Of a DNA stretch of 64,000 nt, positions 28,650 through 39,039 are shown one piece after another. A program made the position numbers and the translations under genes. Every line of letters begins with the position of its first letter. Position 1 is the stretch's first letter. Source of the stretch: a candidate division WOR-3 bacterium (GTDB lineage Bacteria; Hydrothermota; Hydrothermia; JBDRYB01); NCBI GenBank assembly GCA_039803205.1, contig JBDRYB010000008.1:8506-72505 (forward strand). Reading direction: 5' to 3'. The notes under the pieces were generated by a model, which ran no database searches, was not told the origin of the DNA, and saw nothing but the letters and a program-made list of their open reading frames with translations.

Positions 28650-29654
28650 ATGAAGCTCTGGCTTGACCTCGCTAATTCGCCTCATGCCCTGTTTTTCGCT
28701 CCAATAGTCAAGATATTGCAGGAGCAAGGCCATGAAGTCATGGCCACCAGCAGGCATTTCGGGAACACCCTTGAGGTAGCTAGGCTAATGGGTTTTGAAC
28801 CCGTGGTGATAGGCCGGCACGCTGGCAGGGGATTCCTGAGGAAAACGGCGAACCTCGTCAGCCACGCGAGGCAGTTGGCAAAGTGGGCAAAAGATAAGGG
28901 ATTTGACCTCGCGTTGTCCCACAACTCCTACTCCCAGGCCGTCGCGGCCCGGTTGGCAAGGATCCCGTTCATAACATTCATGGACTACGAGGGACAGCCC
29001 GCGAACAGGATAGCGTTCAGCCTCGCGAGAACAGTTTTCGTGCCTGAGGCTTTCCCCTCTGAGGCCGCCAAAAAGCAGGGGGCCAGAAGGGTAATCCATT
29101 ATCCCGGCTTCAAGGAGGAGGTTTATCTGGCTGATTACAGACCCGGCCCTTCGCCATACGAGGAGATGGGCCTTGGCCCTGATGAGATAGTTGCTCTGGC
29201 CAGGGGCCCAGCGACCTACGCCGCATACGGGAAGGAAAACAGGGTTTTCGTCTCTGTGGTTGAGGGGCTCATCTCAAAGGGGATAAGGGTCGTGCTTTTG
29301 CCGAGAACGCCGGAGCAGGCTGATTGGGGAGCTAGGAGAGGGGCCCTCATACCGAAAGTTGCCTACTATGGCCCTGATCTCGTCTGGCACGCGGACATGG
29401 TCATAGGCGCTGGAGGAACGATAACGAGGGAGGCGGCCCTGCTAGGGGTTCCATCATACACGGTTTTCTCAGGCAAGTTGGGGGCGGTGGATGCGAGGCT
29501 CGTGGAGATGGGCCTCCTTGCTGATTTGAGAGATGGGGATGCTTCGCGTATCCGGCAGGAAAAGAAGGGTATCGCCTATCCGAGGCAATTAAACCAGGCC
29601 CTTAAAACCCTTGTTGCCGAAATGCTCATAGAGGTGGCAAGCGAGTTCACCTAG
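28650..29654 (+). CDS. DUF354 family (GT-B fold) protein
   Basis: MKLWLDLANSPH, DYE, YPGFKEEVYL, GAGGTITREAALLGVP. Confidence 0.85.
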   Translation: MKLWLDLANSPHALFFAPIVKILQEQGHEVMATSRHFGNTLEVARLMGFEPVVIGRHAGRGFLRKTANLVSHARQLAKWAKDKGFDLALSHNSYSQAVAARLARIPFITFMDYEGQPANRIAFSLARTVFVPEAFPSEAAKKQGARRVIHYPGFKEEVYLADYRPGPSPYEEMGLGPDEIVALARGPATYAAYGKENRVFVSVVEGLISKGIRVVLLPRTPEQADWGARRGALIPKVAYYGPDLVWHADMVIGAGGTITREAALLGVPSYTVFSGKLGAVDARLVEMGLLADLRDGDASRIRQEKKGIAYPRQLNQALKTLVAEMLIEVASEFT

Positions 29655-30520
29655 TATATCCTCTTCGGTTGAACCCCTGCTGGAAGCCAGGAGCCTATGC
29701 CTATGAAATCCCCATCTGGGCCGTAGACCCTGACACGCTCAAATGCCTTCACCCGGGGGGGCCTCTCTTTTATGCCCGAGGATGAAACCCTGTTCCCCTT
29801 TATGAAAACAGCCGCACCAGCTTGGGTAAGGTGAACTGGCGGGTAATGCGCTAGAGCGTGATCGGGTGGCAGAATAGCCTTTGCTAGGTTTGGATCCTCT
29901 GGGCTCACGGCGTTCTCAATAGTGAAGTGTCCAACCCTTGTCCTAACCAAGCTTTCAACTATACCAAGGGTTCCGAGCCTCTCCGCGAGGTCCCTAGCGA
30001 GGGCCCTTATGTATGTTCCCTTTGATACAATGGCCCTCAGAACGAATCCTTCCTTCTTCATCTCAATCAAATCTAGCTCGTGGACGAAAACCCTCTTCGG
30101 TTTCGTGTGAACCCTTATTCCATCCCTCGCCAGATCGTATAACCTCTCTCCCTTAATCTTCACCGCTGAGAAGGGGGGCGGAACCTGCTGTATCTCTCCC
30201 GTGAACTCTGAAAGAGCGTTGGTTATATCTTCCTCCGTGATGGGTGGAACTTCCTTTTTTGCCAGGACCTCGCCTTCCCCATCAAGGGTATCCGTTGAAA
30301 TTCCGAGCCTTATTGTCGCGATGTATTCCTTTTCCAGCTCGGATACAAAGCCTATTAGCTTAGTAGCCCTTCCCAACCCAACGACCAAAACGCCCGTCGC
30401 GTGCGGATCAAGGGTCCCGGCATGGCCAGCCTTTTTAACTCCAAGGGACCTCCTTATCGCATCTACAACCTGGAATGATGAGGGGCCTCGGGGCTTGTTG
30501 ATGTTAAGGAACCCTTCCAT
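29651..30520 (-). CDS. truB: tRNA pseudouridine(55) synthase
   Basis: NKPRGPSS, GHAGTLDP, QVPPPFSAVK, SKGTYIRALARD. Confidence 0.96.
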   Translation of the reverse strand: MEGFLNINKPRGPSSFQVVDAIRRSLGVKKAGHAGTLDPHATGVLVVGLGRATKLIGFVSELEKEYIATIRLGISTDTLDGEGEVLAKKEVPPITEEDITNALSEFTGEIQQVPPPFSAVKIKGERLYDLARDGIRVHTKPKRVFVHELDLIEMKKEGFVLRAIVSKGTYIRALARDLAERLGTLGIVESLVRTRVGHFTIENAVSPEDPNLAKAILPPDHALAHYPPVHLTQAGAAVFIKGNRVSSSGIKERPPRVKAFERVRVYGPDGDFIGIGSWLPAGVQPKRIY

Positions 30521-30554
30521 AAAGTGTTGATTGCTCGCAAAGGGCATAAACCGT

Positions 30555-30839
30555 TTAAGTCTCCTCCGGGACAAAGGTGAGCCTCGGAACCCATCTGAGC
30601 CTTATCTCTTGTGCGATTCGCGATCTCAGAAAGCCCTTCGCGCGCTCAAGCGCTGAGGCCGCTCCCTCCCAATCTGCCGCGGCTGAATAATAAACGATCG
30701 CCTCCTGGCCCCTGTTCACGAGCTCAACCCTGAGGATAGTGACCACAGAAAGCCCTTCATCCTTTGCCTCGTATAGAATGGTCTCTGAGAGAACTCTCGC
30801 TATCTCGTGCGCTAGCCGGCCTGATTGGATAGGGTTCAT
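30555..30839 (-). CDS. rbfA: Ribosome-binding factor A
   Basis: AKGFLRSRIAQEIRLRWVPRLTF; directly upstream of truB. Confidence 0.88.
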   Translation of the reverse strand: MNPIQSGRLAHEIARVLSETILYEAKDEGLSVVTILRVELVNRGQEAIVYYSAAADWEGAASALERAKGFLRSRIAQEIRLRWVPRLTFVPEET

Positions 30840-30865
30840 GAAGGGCGATATTATAATCCGAACTG

Positions 30866-31642
30866 TTAGCGTGTATCACAGATCTCTTTGAGCCACTTTA
30901 TAGCACCCTTGGTCTTCTTCCAAATGCCCTTCTGGAGATGAGCCACATCCGCGGCTTCATCCTCTCCGCCCACAACAACTTTATCCGGAACGGTGCGCGG
31001 TATTCGCTTTTCACCCGTGAGATACGGTGGAACATGGGGATTGTATTTCAGTGCCTTCCTCAGGGCTTTCCTTGATTCTTGCGAGTCTCCCCAACGCTTG
31101 AACGCCCACAAGGCCTTTCCATAGAGCAGATCGGGCGTTATGTCGTCCGGATACCTCTTAAAGAGCTCCTCAAGCTCTTCGTCCCTTTCGAGGAGGTGAA
31201 GGCAAACGACCAATAGGCACCTTACACCCTGATTATCTGACGGATTAAGCCTGAGCATCTCCCAAAATATCTCAGCGGCCGCGGCCGTATCCCCTTTTTC
31301 CCAGAAGCATATCCCGAGACCCTTGAGAGCGCGCATAAATGGTCTCGTCTCCAGGACTCCCCAAAAGCCTCCGACGAGGCTATCAAAGTCATACATCCTC
31401 TCTATGCTTCGGCGTCCTGCTTTAACCCCCTTTTTGAACATTTCAATTTTTTCCTCGAGATTCCTCGCCTCACTCGTGGCAAGAATCACATAAGCGTCCG
31501 CGCAATCAGGGTATATCTTGAGAGCCCTCTTGGCCAGCCTCACCCTTGTTTCTGTGTCGGGCGCGTCCCATGCCTCATAAATAAGCTCCTGCGCCATTTC
31601 CATGCGCTCCATCCAACCAGCAAAATCCTCCGAATTCTTCAT
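30866..31642 (-). CDS. Helical repeat (TPR-like) hypothetical protein
   Basis: AQELIYEAW, CADAYV, FWGVLETRPFMRA, LNPSDNQGVR motifs of a conserved uncharacterised family. Confidence 0.75.
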   Translation of the reverse strand: MKNSEDFAGWMERMEMAQELIYEAWDAPDTETRVRLAKRALKIYPDCADAYVILATSEARNLEEKIEMFKKGVKAGRRSIERMYDFDSLVGGFWGVLETRPFMRALKGLGICFWEKGDTAAAAEIFWEMLRLNPSDNQGVRCLLVVCLHLLERDEELEELFKRYPDDITPDLLYGKALWAFKRWGDSQESRKALRKALKYNPHVPPYLTGEKRIPRTVPDKVVVGGEDEAADVAHLQKGIWKKTKGAIKWLKEICDTR

Positions 31643-31752
31643 GCTAGCGAGATCATAACCGATCTTCTGCTAATGATACCCCATCGGGTTTTCTTGGCCC
31701 CAGCGAATGAGAATCCGCTAAATTGATGAGATCAATTGAGAATCGCTCGGGC

Positions 31753-32643
31753 CTACCACCCTCTCGTCTGCAGGAGCTCGTCCTCCTTCATCCTGGAAAC
31801 ATCAAGGCCAGGCATGGCGGAACCGAGGCCCCTTGAAACCTCCGCTATCTTCTTCGGGTCATCATAGTATGTAGTTGCTATTACTATGGCCCTCGCCATC
31901 TTCGCCGGGTTCTCTGACTTGAATATTCCTGAACCAACGAAGACGGACTCAGCTCCGAGCTGGCGCATGAGCGCCGCGTCCGCCGGGGTTGCTATGCCGC
32001 CTGCCGCGAAATTCGGGACCGGAAGCCTGCCGTGCTCGTGAACATATTTGACGAGCTCGTAAGGGGCCTGGAGCTCCTTTGCCGCGGCCATTAGCTCGTC
32101 CGGCCTCAGCTGGGTCAAGGCCTTTATTCCCTTCATGACCATGCGCATGTGCCTCACCGCTTCAACCACATTCCCTGTCCCAGCCTCGCCTTTTGTCCTT
32201 ATCATTGCCGCGCCTTCGCCTATGCGCCGAAGGGCCTCACCTAGGTTTCTGCATCCGCAGACAAAAGGCACATCAAAAGCGTGCTTGTCTATGTGGTGTT
32301 CCTCGTCAGCAGGGGTTAGAACCTCGCTCTCGTCTATGAAGTCAACCCCAAGGGCCTCAAGAACTTGGGCCTCCACGAAGTGGCCTATCCTGACCTTTGC
32401 CATTACTGGGATTGAGACCGCATCCATGATCTTCAGGATGATCTCAGGGTCAGCCATCCTCGCGACGCCACCCTCCTTCCTTATGTCAGCAGGAACCCTC
32501 TCAAGCGCCATGACCGCGACAGCACCAGCATCCTCGGCGATCCTGGCCTGCTCAGGTGTTGTCACATCCATTATGACCCCGCCTTTTAGCATCTCAGCGA
32601 GGCCTACCTTAACCTCCCAGGTGTTCTTCTTTTTCTCGGCCAT
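31753..32643 (-). CDS. pdxS: Pyridoxal 5'-phosphate synthase lyase subunit
   Basis: [52 protein letters not shown]. Confidence 0.97.
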   Translation of the reverse strand: MAEKKKNTWEVKVGLAEMLKGGVIMDVTTPEQARIAEDAGAVAVMALERVPADIRKEGGVARMADPEIILKIMDAVSIPVMAKVRIGHFVEAQVLEALGVDFIDESEVLTPADEEHHIDKHAFDVPFVCGCRNLGEALRRIGEGAAMIRTKGEAGTGNVVEAVRHMRMVMKGIKALTQLRPDELMAAAKELQAPYELVKYVHEHGRLPVPNFAAGGIATPADAALMRQLGAESVFVGSGIFKSENPAKMARAIVIATTYYDDPKKIAEVSRGLGSAMPGLDVSRMKEDELLQTRGW

Positions 32644-32749
32644 GGTTATTCTCCTCTTTAGGGTTATATTATAATGGATGCGCAGAAGCTTTTGCACCTC
32701 GCATAGGATAGTGGTGGCAGGAGGAGTCAAAGAGCTATAATTTGGGCTT

Positions 32750-33292
32750 ATGAGGATTGAGATCAAGGAAAGCACGACTATATTCAAGGGAGGATTGCTC
32801 ACCCTCAAGAGGGACAAGATAGCGGTTCCAGGAGGCAGGGAGGCGGACAGGGAATATGTAGTCTTCGGACGTTCTGTGCTCGTAATCCCGGCCCTTGACC
32901 AAGATAAGCTTGTCCTCGTCAATCAGTATCGCCATCCAACAGGGGATTTCCTCCTTGAGCTCCCAGCAGGAAAGGTTGACGAGGGCGAGAGCCCTGAGAG
33001 CGCCGCGGCGCGAGAGCTTTTGGAGGAAACGGGATTCAGGCCAGAGAAACTCACTCGCTTCGGAGAATTTTACCTCGCGCCAGGCTATTCGACGGAGCTT
33101 ATGACCGGGTTCCTGGCAGAGGGTCTAGTTCGTGCCGACGGTAATCCCGATCCGGATGAGATCCTTTCAAATGTGATTTTGACCAGAGATGAGGTCATAT
33201 CAGGCCTCAGAGAAGCCAGGTTCCGGGACGCGAAAACAATACTTGGATTGCTATGGTGGGTTGCGAAGGATTTTCTTCCCACTAAGACATAA
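32750..33292 (+). CDS. NUDIX hydrolase (ADP-ribose pyrophosphatase-like)
   Basis: QYRHP, Nudix box [30 protein letters not shown]. Confidence 0.92.
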   Translation: MRIEIKESTTIFKGGLLTLKRDKIAVPGGREADREYVVFGRSVLVIPALDQDKLVLVNQYRHPTGDFLLELPAGKVDEGESPESAAARELLEETGFRPEKLTRFGEFYLAPGYSTELMTGFLAEGLVRADGNPDPDEILSNVILTRDEVISGLREARFRDAKTILGLLWWVAKDFLPTKT

Positions 33293-33305
33293 AGGAATCC
33301 GCTTA

Positions 33306-35321
33306 TCAGTAACCACCTATCTCTTCAACCCATTTCTGGCGCCCTGGCCTCTCCCCGTCCCAATACCACCAGTCCTCGTCCGAAAGCCTCTCTGATACTG
33401 GGTGTTTGAACTCGTAGTAGCTGAAGCACGCGCCCTCCGCGATATATGGTTTCCCGTCTATGAGAACGAGAACCCCTATCCAGGCCGGGTCCCCTACCCC
33501 GACCTCAAGGCACATCATAGAGTTCGGGTCAGTGAGGACATCGGCTATCACCGGAAATCTTTCATCACGATCGCTTATCTTGTCCATTGCATCCCAATCG
33601 TAACGGGATGCCGTCCTGAGCCTGCTGGGAATGTCCCACAGCCAGAGGTGATCCTCCTCGCTGAGGCCCTTTTTCTGCTTATCCGCTATCTTCGCCAGGG
33701 AATCCGACAAAGCGGAGAACTCCTTGCACTTTTCTTTTACCTTTGGCATATCGGGGAAGGCCTTGCTCAACTCCAAAGCGAACCTCGCGCCAGCGGAGTA
33801 AAGCCCCCCCGCATCCTCTAAATAAGCCAACTTGAGCTTCTGCTTTCTGGGTGGAGGGCCTTCAAATGGCTCGGCTGAACCCGCTTGTGCTCCGTATGGC
33901 TGTTTCGCGTATAGGATGTAATCGTGCTTGATCTGCGCCCAGCTTCCGAGGGATGTAAGAAGGATCTTCAACTCCCATGCTTTTGGGTTCACGGTTGACG
34001 GCGGATTGTCTTCCCTCAGGTATTCCGAGATCATGGTGAGCCAGAGGAGATAATTGTTCCCCTCTTTCCGTTCATTTGCCCACCACTGCCTCATTTTCGC
34101 CATCTGCTCCTGATAGTTTGCATAATCCGCGTCCCCCTCGGCCTTTATTATCTCCAGGGCCCTTTCATTTCCTAGAGCGGCCATGACATCAAGTCCCCTC
34201 GCGAAACAGCGCTGGGGCCCGAGTGGGGTTTCCACTAATGTAAAGGGTTTGTCCTTGCCCGTGTAGTCTTTGACCCTGTCGTAGATGAGCTCTTGCAGGA
34301 TGTAGGCATCCGGAACGGATCGCTGGCCCATGAACCTGTATGTCACGGGTATCTCCATGGGCTTGCCGGGGAGTGAATATGCGAGGCCCGAGAGTATCTT
34401 CGGCGGCTTCATCCTACCAGCAGAATCAGCTATGGCCCTAATATCCTTTTCCCCGAGCCTTGACGGATCCCTTTGACCCAAAATTGAAGCGATCTCAACG
34501 GGGTTCGGGTCATCCGAGGGCCCGGAGATGAATGACATGCCCCTCTCTACCTCTTGCCAGGACGAGAACAGATCCTTCCTCTGGGTTAGAGCATAAGCCT
34601 GGAGCAGGGCGGCCCTCGCTTGGATGGGATCATATGGGCTCAGGGAGAACCCCATGCTACCGAACCACATCATAGCGAGGAAATACCGTGTAAGATCCGG
34701 ACTCGCCGTGTAGTGGCCCCTCGGGATGAACTGGGAGTAGTCCGCTTTTGTCCCAAAGGCTGGGGACTCAGCAAATCCTTGGGCTGCTCCCACGAGAGAG
34801 AGCTCATCATCAACTATCTCTTTTATTTCCCTCGGCAAGCTGGGGAGTTCCCCGCCGATTAGGGCTAGGCCAACCGCGAAATAAGCCGCATTTAGAAGCC
34901 AGGCCTTCTTCCAATCCCCCTTTGCTTTTTTGTATTCCGAGAGGGAAAGCCCAAGCATTCCGCTCGCGAGCTTCTCAACCCTGGGCAGAAGGTAATCCAC
35001 CTCAGCGAGCCTCAGCGTGTAATCAAGGAGCCTGTGTAGGGAGTGAAGGTATAGATCCGCGGTTATGAATATAGGGCCATCGGCGTAAAGAACCTCCTCG
35101 TCTGCTATCCTGTCGTATATCTCGTAAATGTCCTCATCGCGAGAGGGCTTTACCAGAAACCCGTTCTCGGAAAGGAGCGCTTTGTCCTTCCCTTCTTCCA
35201 GGATGTGACTCATGTCCTTCTTGCTGAGAGCATCCTTGAGCATGGCATTTTTTCCTCCCTTTTCAGCGCAGGCCACAGCGGGCACTGCCGCCAGAAGAAT
35301 CAGGATCAGGTTCTTGTTCAT
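33306..35321 (-). CDS. DUF3160 family exported protein
   Basis: PIFITADLYLH, DYSQFIPRGHYT, YFLAMMW, LGSWAQIKHDYILYAKQ, FSYYEF, RLSDEDW. Confidence 0.85.
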   Translation of the reverse strand: MNKNLILILLAAVPAVACAEKGGKNAMLKDALSKKDMSHILEEGKDKALLSENGFLVKPSRDEDIYEIYDRIADEEVLYADGPIFITADLYLHSLHRLLDYTLRLAEVDYLLPRVEKLASGMLGLSLSEYKKAKGDWKKAWLLNAAYFAVGLALIGGELPSLPREIKEIVDDELSLVGAAQGFAESPAFGTKADYSQFIPRGHYTASPDLTRYFLAMMWFGSMGFSLSPYDPIQARAALLQAYALTQRKDLFSSWQEVERGMSFISGPSDDPNPVEIASILGQRDPSRLGEKDIRAIADSAGRMKPPKILSGLAYSLPGKPMEIPVTYRFMGQRSVPDAYILQELIYDRVKDYTGKDKPFTLVETPLGPQRCFARGLDVMAALGNERALEIIKAEGDADYANYQEQMAKMRQWWANERKEGNNYLLWLTMISEYLREDNPPSTVNPKAWELKILLTSLGSWAQIKHDYILYAKQPYGAQAGSAEPFEGPPPRKQKLKLAYLEDAGGLYSAGARFALELSKAFPDMPKVKEKCKEFSALSDSLAKIADKQKKGLSEEDHLWLWDIPSRLRTASRYDWDAMDKISDRDERFPVIADVLTDPNSMMCLEVGVGDPAWIGVLVLIDGKPYIAEGACFSYYEFKHPVSERLSDEDWWYWDGERPGRQKWVEEIGGY

Positions 35322-35742
35322 AATTAGAATTATAACACGGGAAGCCGGGAGCTTTCAAGAGATCAGGGGTTGAGAGATCATTGCAAATTTTGGCCAATCT
35401 CCGGGTATTGCGGACTGGCCCCACCATAATAGCCCTCCATGGTAAAATATGGGCGTGAAACAAACAACCAAGAGGAGCAAAAGGAGGTTCAAGGTTAAGA
35501 AAGATACTATTGCTCCAGATGTTCAATAACATTCATGGTTTATCCATAGGGAATAACCCACAGGCAATTCACGGCCAGATGGACTTCATGGTCGCTCTCC
35601 AGCAATAGAGCTCGGCTCATTCCGGCCCGGTGATCTGGGGTTATAACTCCCTAAAGATGAGAAGGGAAAGTTCTATCTCAAGCTAGCCAAAAGTTGCAGA
35701 GACCCCTGGCCTGTCCACTATAATTTGTTGATCGGAGGTTTT

Positions 35743-36087
35743 ATGCTTTTCAAGAGAACCCTCATTGCAACGATAATGGGATTCCTGACAGGCCTCTTCT
35801 GTGCCTGGGGCTATACCAGGACCCCAAACATGGAGTTTGGATTCTGGGTTCTGGCGTCTGTGATCGCGTCCAGGACCGTCGCTGGTTTCGCAATAGGCAT
35901 ATCCCGTTGGAAGATGCCCTGGTGGCTCCACGGCCCAGTTCTCGGCGCGATATTCGGCCTTCCCCTTTCCCTTCCCCCGCTCAGCACTGGCATGAACGGC
36001 TTCTACATGCTCATGGGCGCATCAATCGTCTACGGTTTCCTGATTGAGCTCGTCACGAGCGTTATCTTCAGGGCAAAGCAGAAATAG
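35743..36087 (+). CDS. Small membrane protein (four TM helices)
   Basis: SD GGAGG; hydrophobic helices; GFAIGIS, WWLHG, YGFLIE. Confidence 0.75.
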   Translation: MLFKRTLIATIMGFLTGLFCAWGYTRTPNMEFGFWVLASVIASRTVAGFAIGISRWKMPWWLHGPVLGAIFGLPLSLPPLSTGMNGFYMLMGASIVYGFLIELVTSVIFRAKQK

Positions 36088-37347
36088 CTATCGGATAACA
36101 ACTTTTCTCACAACCTCTGTGCCGCCCTTCTCCATTTGAACGAGGAAAACCCCAGCTTTCATCCCCCTTATTAAGAGCTCCTCGGCCTCGGTTTCACAGG
36201 CAAAGAGCCTTTTCCCAGTGGCATCGTAGACCCTCACAGATAGGCCAGGAGGCCCTTTGATCTTTATGGCGTTGCCGAGGCCAATAGCTGTCCATCTGGT
36301 TGTCTCCTCCTGCTTCTGGTCAGATACCAGCGCTTTGGCCCCTGTTTTCTGCCAGAATGTCGTGTAGCGGTAGGGAGGAATGGCAAAGGCTGTATCAGTG
36401 GATGTGGCATAGGCAGAGTGAGTGTGGGGAGTTTTTGCGCCACCCCCACCGAGATCATCAACCCATGCGCCTCCGCCGCTTGGTTGGACGGTAATGGAGC
36501 TGATCCCGTGGGCGTGGAAAAGTGAGCCACCGGCCGTAAGAGCGTTTGCCGGCGTGCACCCGCGCGGAAAGCGTCGGCCCGCGTTCAGTGTATCAAAGCT
36601 TTCCCATGTCCCTATCTCTGAGCTCCCTGACGGCGGAGCGTCAAACATGGCTATGGCGCCCACTGGAACATCCTCTATCCACGCCTCGTTTCTGGCGAAT
36701 ATAACATGAACATAGGGAGGGAGGTTGTCAGAGGTGGCGGTAGAACCGGTAAAATTGTGCGTATGGCAGCCAGAGACAACGGCACTTCCTGAATTAAAGA
36801 TCATGGGAGTTGGATCACCTGTGGATCCCGAGAAGGTGTGAAAATGGGTTGTGCTTCCACTCTTGGCCCAGGGCGTAAGAGAACCCCTTGGGAAGGAGTC
36901 AACCAGGATTACGGTCCAGCCAGGAGGAGGCTCCTGGGTGAACATCATCACGACTCCAGCGGGAAGCCCTGTATCCTCCTGTGGTTTTCTTATAACCACA
37001 AAATTCCGATAGGGCGGGATGTGGGATGAAGCATTTATGGTGCCGGTCGACCAGAAGCTATGCGTGTGATATGCTGGGGCCGCGAGGGTTCCACCTCCAC
37101 CTCTACCGTGTATACCAGAACCACCTGCTTCAATGGAGCCATATATCCTCGTGTGGTTGTGGGTGTTTGACCCACCTGTTATCCCGACCGAATCCCCCGG
37201 GCATCCGCGGGGAAACCTTCCCACGAAGGATGAGTCTACGACCCAGCCGTTTGGCGTGGATGGCCGAGTTGTTTGGATGATCCCAGGGTATTCCCAAAAA
37301 ACCATCATCCCATCGGGAACCGTTGAGAGAACAAAGGCTATTAACAT
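36088..37347 (-). CDS. Secreted protein with three tandem phage tail-collar/HxH fibre-tip units and T9SS-like C-terminal domain
   Basis: Three repeats of P.G...F/W...GW...FPRG...GS..HxH...HTH...PPY; CTD VRVYDATGK...AGVFLV...RKVVIR; SD GAGGAGG. Confidence 0.8.
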   Translation of the reverse strand: MLIAFVLSTVPDGMMVFWEYPGIIQTTRPSTPNGWVVDSSFVGRFPRGCPGDSVGITGGSNTHNHTRIYGSIEAGGSGIHGRGGGGTLAAPAYHTHSFWSTGTINASSHIPPYRNFVVIRKPQEDTGLPAGVVMMFTQEPPPGWTVILVDSFPRGSLTPWAKSGSTTHFHTFSGSTGDPTPMIFNSGSAVVSGCHTHNFTGSTATSDNLPPYVHVIFARNEAWIEDVPVGAIAMFDAPPSGSSEIGTWESFDTLNAGRRFPRGCTPANALTAGGSLFHAHGISSITVQPSGGGAWVDDLGGGGAKTPHTHSAYATSTDTAFAIPPYRYTTFWQKTGAKALVSDQKQEETTRWTAIGLGNAIKIKGPPGLSVRVYDATGKRLFACETEAEELLIRGMKAGVFLVQMEKGGTEVVRKVVIR

Positions 37348-37377
37348 GTCGCCCTCCTCGTGTGCAAAATTATAAAG

Positions 37378-37908
37378 CTAGGAAGAGGGCCTCATCCCCT
37401 CCGGAAGCTCATTGCCCCAGGAATTGTGGTGCGCCTTTTTGGCTTCAAACTGCGTCCTCGGCCCCTTTTCCTCATCGGGATAGCCTATTGATATGAGACA
37501 GAGAACCCTTATGCCCTCAGGAATGCCGAGGATCTCCCTCACCTCATCCTCGCATTTATCCCTCACCGCGAGCCAGCACGCGCCGAGGCCCTCCTCAACG
37601 CACTGGTTCAGGATGTTCTCGGTCATGGCTGAGGTATCCTCTATCCAGCGTTTGCCTATCCTTGGGTCTCCGCATACAACAAAGACAAGGGGTGCTCTTT
37701 TGGCCGGACTGAGACTATCATGGAGTCCCCCGAGCTTCCTGCATCTCTCCCGGTCATCAACCACTATGAGGTGCCAAGGCCTTGAGTTCACCGCTGAGGG
37801 CGCGGCGAACGCCGCGGCGAGGAGGTGTTTTATGGTTTCAGGTGGGACCGGATCCGGTTTATATTTCCTTATGCTCCTTCGGGCGAGTTGCGCTTCAAGG
37901 ACCTTCAT
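37378..37908 (-). CDS. Nitroreductase family protein
   Basis: RRSIRKY, APSAVNSRPW, GLGACW, IGYP. Confidence 0.92.
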   Translation of the reverse strand: MKVLEAQLARRSIRKYKPDPVPPETIKHLLAAAFAAPSAVNSRPWHLIVVDDRERCRKLGGLHDSLSPAKRAPLVFVVCGDPRIGKRWIEDTSAMTENILNQCVEEGLGACWLAVRDKCEDEVREILGIPEGIRVLCLISIGYPDEEKGPRTQFEAKKAHHNSWGNELPEGMRPSS

Positions 37909-38197
37909 TTATGGCCTCCCTACACTCACACGGAGATTTCCCGCACTTCGGGCATCCGGCCTCGTATTTTCCGACCGCCTCATCCATGTCAATCCCAGCC
38001 AGGTTTGCGACCGTGAAAAGCCACGCCATTGCGTCAGCGAACTCCTCCTTTATCTCGTTACGGTTCCCTTTCCTCAGAGCCTTTGCCAGCTCGCCGATCT
38101 CCTCAACCATCCACCCAAATGTGGGCCAGAGACCCCTTTTGGCATCCTTCTCCCCATAGGTTTCCAGTATTTTCCTCTGAAAATCCCTTATCTCCAT
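37895..38197 (-). CDS. MazG-like nucleotide pyrophosphohydrolase with C-terminal Cys cluster
   Basis: EEIGEL...EEFAD; CPKCGKSPCEC. Confidence 0.88.
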   Translation of the reverse strand: MEIRDFQRKILETYGEKDAKRGLWPTFGWMVEEIGELAKALRKGNRNEIKEEFADAMAWLFTVANLAGIDMDEAVGKYEAGCPKCGKSPCECREAINEGP

Positions 38198-38982
38198 AGG
38201 TTTATTATGAGGTAATAAGCAGGTATTGCAAAGAGCAAAGCGTCTATCCTGTCCAGGATCCCGCCGTGGCCAGGAAGGAGATGCGAGGAGTCCTTGACCC
38301 CAACGCTCCTCTTGACAGAGGATTCAAAGAAATCGCCGATATGGCCGACGAGTGCGATACCACCAGCTATTGCTATTGCCTTATACCAGGGCCAGCCGAG
38401 TAGCAGGTTGATGAGCGCCCCTGTAGCGCAAGCGAATATTAGGCCTCCTGCGAGCCCTTCCCAGCTCTTTTCCGGGCTTATGCGCGGGAGTATCCTGTGT
38501 TTGCGTTCTCCAAAAGCTCCGCCAACGAAGAAAGCAAATATGTCAAAAGCCCATATGACGAGGAAGGGAAAGGCAGATACCACAAAGGTCTCATTTTGTC
38601 GCAGGGAAATAGCAAGGGCGCCCGGAAGAACAGTGTAGAGGTATCCAGTGACCGAGAGGCTCGCATCTCGCCAGTCCCTTCCATCTCCCGCGAGGAACGG
38701 GTGTATTCCAAAGAGCACGAAAACCGTTGCCAGGACCAGAAGGAGCGCGCCCGGGTCCATTCCCCTGTAATGCGCGTAAACCATCAGGATAATTCCGGCG
38801 GCCATTCCCGTGAAACGATAAGGCCTTGCTCCCCCTGCTTGAGCAAGGCCGTAGAACTCCCACTGAGCGCCCAAGACGAAGAGCACGATGCCGAGGCTGA
38901 AGGCCTCACCTCCTATCCAAAGCAGAAGAGCAAAGACTATGCCCAGGGCGGCACCGACGACTATCCTCAGGAATAGGCTCAA
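38188..38982 (-). CDS. cdsA: Phosphatidate cytidylyltransferase
   Basis: ISPEKSWEG, GDFFESSVKRSVGVKDSSHLLPGHGGILDRID. Confidence 0.95.
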   Translation of the reverse strand: MSLFLRIVVGAALGIVFALLLWIGGEAFSLGIVLFVLGAQWEFYGLAQAGGARPYRFTGMAAGIILMVYAHYRGMDPGALLLVLATVFVLFGIHPFLAGDGRDWRDASLSVTGYLYTVLPGALAISLRQNETFVVSAFPFLVIWAFDIFAFFVGGAFGERKHRILPRISPEKSWEGLAGGLIFACATGALINLLLGWPWYKAIAIAGGIALVGHIGDFFESSVKRSVGVKDSSHLLPGHGGILDRIDALLFAIPAYYLIINLWR

Positions 38983-39039
38983 GAGGAAATTATATTGCAG
39001 GAGGACTGGTTGGGTAAAATTGAAACCTCAAGGCCAGGG

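Noticed and set aside
11764..37347. Prophage or tailocin origin for the two phage-fibre-like genes
   Set aside because: No capsid, tail, baseplate, integrase or lysis genes; both have export signals and housekeeping neighbours.
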